IMG/VR virus record: IMGVR_UViG_3300003309_000010 | Location: 84,391 to 111,154 of that record | Source of the DNA: a virus | DNA: 26,764 nt | Strand: one strand, 5' to 3' | In this document: one piece after another, positions 25,391-26,764 of the stretch | Position numbering within the stretch: position 1 is the stretch's first letter | How the letters are laid out: each line of letters begins with the position of its first letter | Made by a program: the position numbers and the translations under genes | The notes under the pieces: generated by a model | Told to the model about the DNA's origin: nothing | Databases searched by the model: none | The model's input: only the letters and a program-made list of their open reading frames with translations

Positions 25391-26764
25391 ATGAAGAAAA
25401 CAATATTAATTAACATAATGCTTTCCATAATATTAGAGAGTCACGCCAAGGGAAATTCCCCCATTGTCGCGATGAAGGTAACTAAAGCGCTCGACCTGCT
25501 AAAAATACCCGAATTTTCGTCTGGGAATGGGAACGAGATGTCACTATTGTGCGCACTGCGCGATATGTCACAAAGATTATTAAATCGTCCACCCGGTAGT
25601 AAAATTGACATCGATACTTTTTTTATGGATCTGGAACATGCCAGTATTTATTACCCTGAGGTGGTCACCTTCATCAAACAGAAGTTGGATGGTATTGATT
25701 CACTCAGCGATAAAGAACTGGCGAAGCGTAGCGGTTGGTATATCCAACAAGTAAACGAATACATTGAAACCACCGAAGTATCTCGAATGGCATCGCAACT
25801 TGGTTTTGCTATTCGGGAGTGTCAAAGCAAAGGCGATCACAAACGTATTGGTCAGTTACTCAAAGAATTCAAACAAGAATCAGCTCAATACGAAAAATTG
25901 GATGGGGAGGGCGACTACAACCCATTGGCGCACATCGGTGGTGTCAGAGAAGTTTCAGGGACAACCAATTCTAAAACGTTGGTATCGGCGTTAGATGATG
26001 CAGAGATTACTTACGAAGGGGAAGGATTGATTAAATTTGGGCTACAGGGATGGAACGATGCGTTTGGTCCAAAACGATCTGTCCCTCGGGGCGTCATGAT
26101 AGAAATACAAGCGTTATCTGGAAAGTCTAAATCGGAAACGATGCGGCGCTTGCTATCGGATGTCTGTACCGAAAATGATCCGTATCTATTTAATCCCGGA
26201 TTAAAGCCCGTAGTATTGTACTTCACCGCCGAGGACACCACATCGGAATGTTGGAATAAATTATACATCCAGTTCTACTGTGAATTAACCGGCACGTTCC
26301 CAACCGAGGAAGTCAGTAACGAAGAGAAAGCACAATACTGCATGGATCACCTCACTAAGCGAGGAATCCATTTTGAAATCATCTCTTGTAGAAAAAACGA
26401 AACTACACCAGAAGAAGTGCTTGAAGTCGTCCAGTACTACCAAACCACCGGTTGGGAAGTCCTTGCGTTGGGGGTCGATTATATGGCGTTATACAAACAC
26501 GATCATTATGATCCCAGCTTACTGGATACGTATAAGATACAACGTAAACACTCCGTCATCGGGGGCTTTTGTAAAGAAAATAAAATACTTGCTTTTGTTG
26601 CTAACCAACTAGGTTCAGCCGACGCAGAGGAGGCTGCGGCTTCGGAAGAAGATTTTGCCCGAGTTGCGGCTAAGCGGGGTTATGTTGTTGGGTCCAGACG
26701 TATTAAAGACGAACTGGACGGTAGAATCGTTGTACATATAAAAGAAGCCGCGAACGGTAAATGG
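25391..26764 (+). CDS. dnaB: DnaB-like replicative helicase (phiKZ gp118-like), 3' truncated by the window; absent from the ORF track
   Basis: Manual translation MKKTILINIMLSIILESH... is in frame with PRGVMIEIQALSGKSKS (Walker A), LYFTAED, LGVDYM (Walker B) and VANQL. Confidence 0.85.
   Translation, partial: MKKTILINIMLSIILESHAKGNSPIVAMKVTKALDLLKIPEFSSGNGNEMSLLCALRDMSQRLLNRPPGSKIDIDTFFMDLEHASIYYPEVVTFIKQKLDGIDSLSDKELAKRSGWYIQQVNEYIETTEVSRMASQLGFAIRECQSKGDHKRIGQLLKEFKQESAQYEKLDGEGDYNPLAHIGGVREVSGTTNSKTLVSALDDAEITYEGEGLIKFGLQGWNDAFGPKRSVPRGVMIEIQALSGKSKSETMRRLLSDVCTENDPYLFNPGLKPVVLYFTAEDTTSECWNKLYIQFYCELTGTFPTEEVSNEEKAQYCMDHLTKRGIHFEIISCRKNETTPEEVLEVVQYYQTTGWEVLALGVDYMALYKHDHYDPSLLDTYKIQRKHSVIGGFCKENKILAFVANQLGSADAEEAAASEEDFARVAAKRGYVVGSRRIKDELDGRIVVHIKEAANGKW
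25411..25418 (-). promoter_or_regulatory. Candidate late promoter for the gp119-like/capsid operon (TTATGTTA)
   Basis: TATG core about 40 nt upstream of ATG 25375, analogous to phiKZ late promoter P119L; same 8-mer at 1953-1960. Confidence 0.45.

Noticed and set aside
25764-26612. Short ORFs listed in the track at the right end
   Set aside because: They are off-frame or antisense to the long DnaB-like ORF starting at 25391, which the track omitted because it has no stop in the window.

Overview
This window is a core-genome segment of a phiKZ-like (nucleus-forming, Chimalliviridae-type) jumbo phage. It carries four non-virion RNA polymerase (nvRNAP) genes: gp55-like beta', gp68-like specificity subunit, gp71-73-like beta and gp74-like beta'. 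It also holds an SbcD/Mre11 nuclease, candidate phage-nucleus proteins (gp59/Imp3-, gp67/ChmC-, gp69/PicA- and gp70-like, assigned mainly by gene order and size), an SF2 helicase, the major capsid protein, a gp119-like gene and a DnaB-like helicase running off the right edge. Two features are not explained by the standard phiKZ layout. First, a truncated tandem paralog of the sigma-like gp68 subunit (7988..8887) has its own promoter-like motif. Second, a terminator-bounded operon of eight small, highly diverged paralogous genes lies at 13219..16270. Also notable are an exact bacterial SSB C-terminal tip (DFDDDIPF) on the ChmC-like protein, a DHDGD variant of the RNAP catalytic loop, recurring promoter-like motifs and an RBS-sequestering hairpin. 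All homology calls come from motif reading and recalled synteny; no database search was run.
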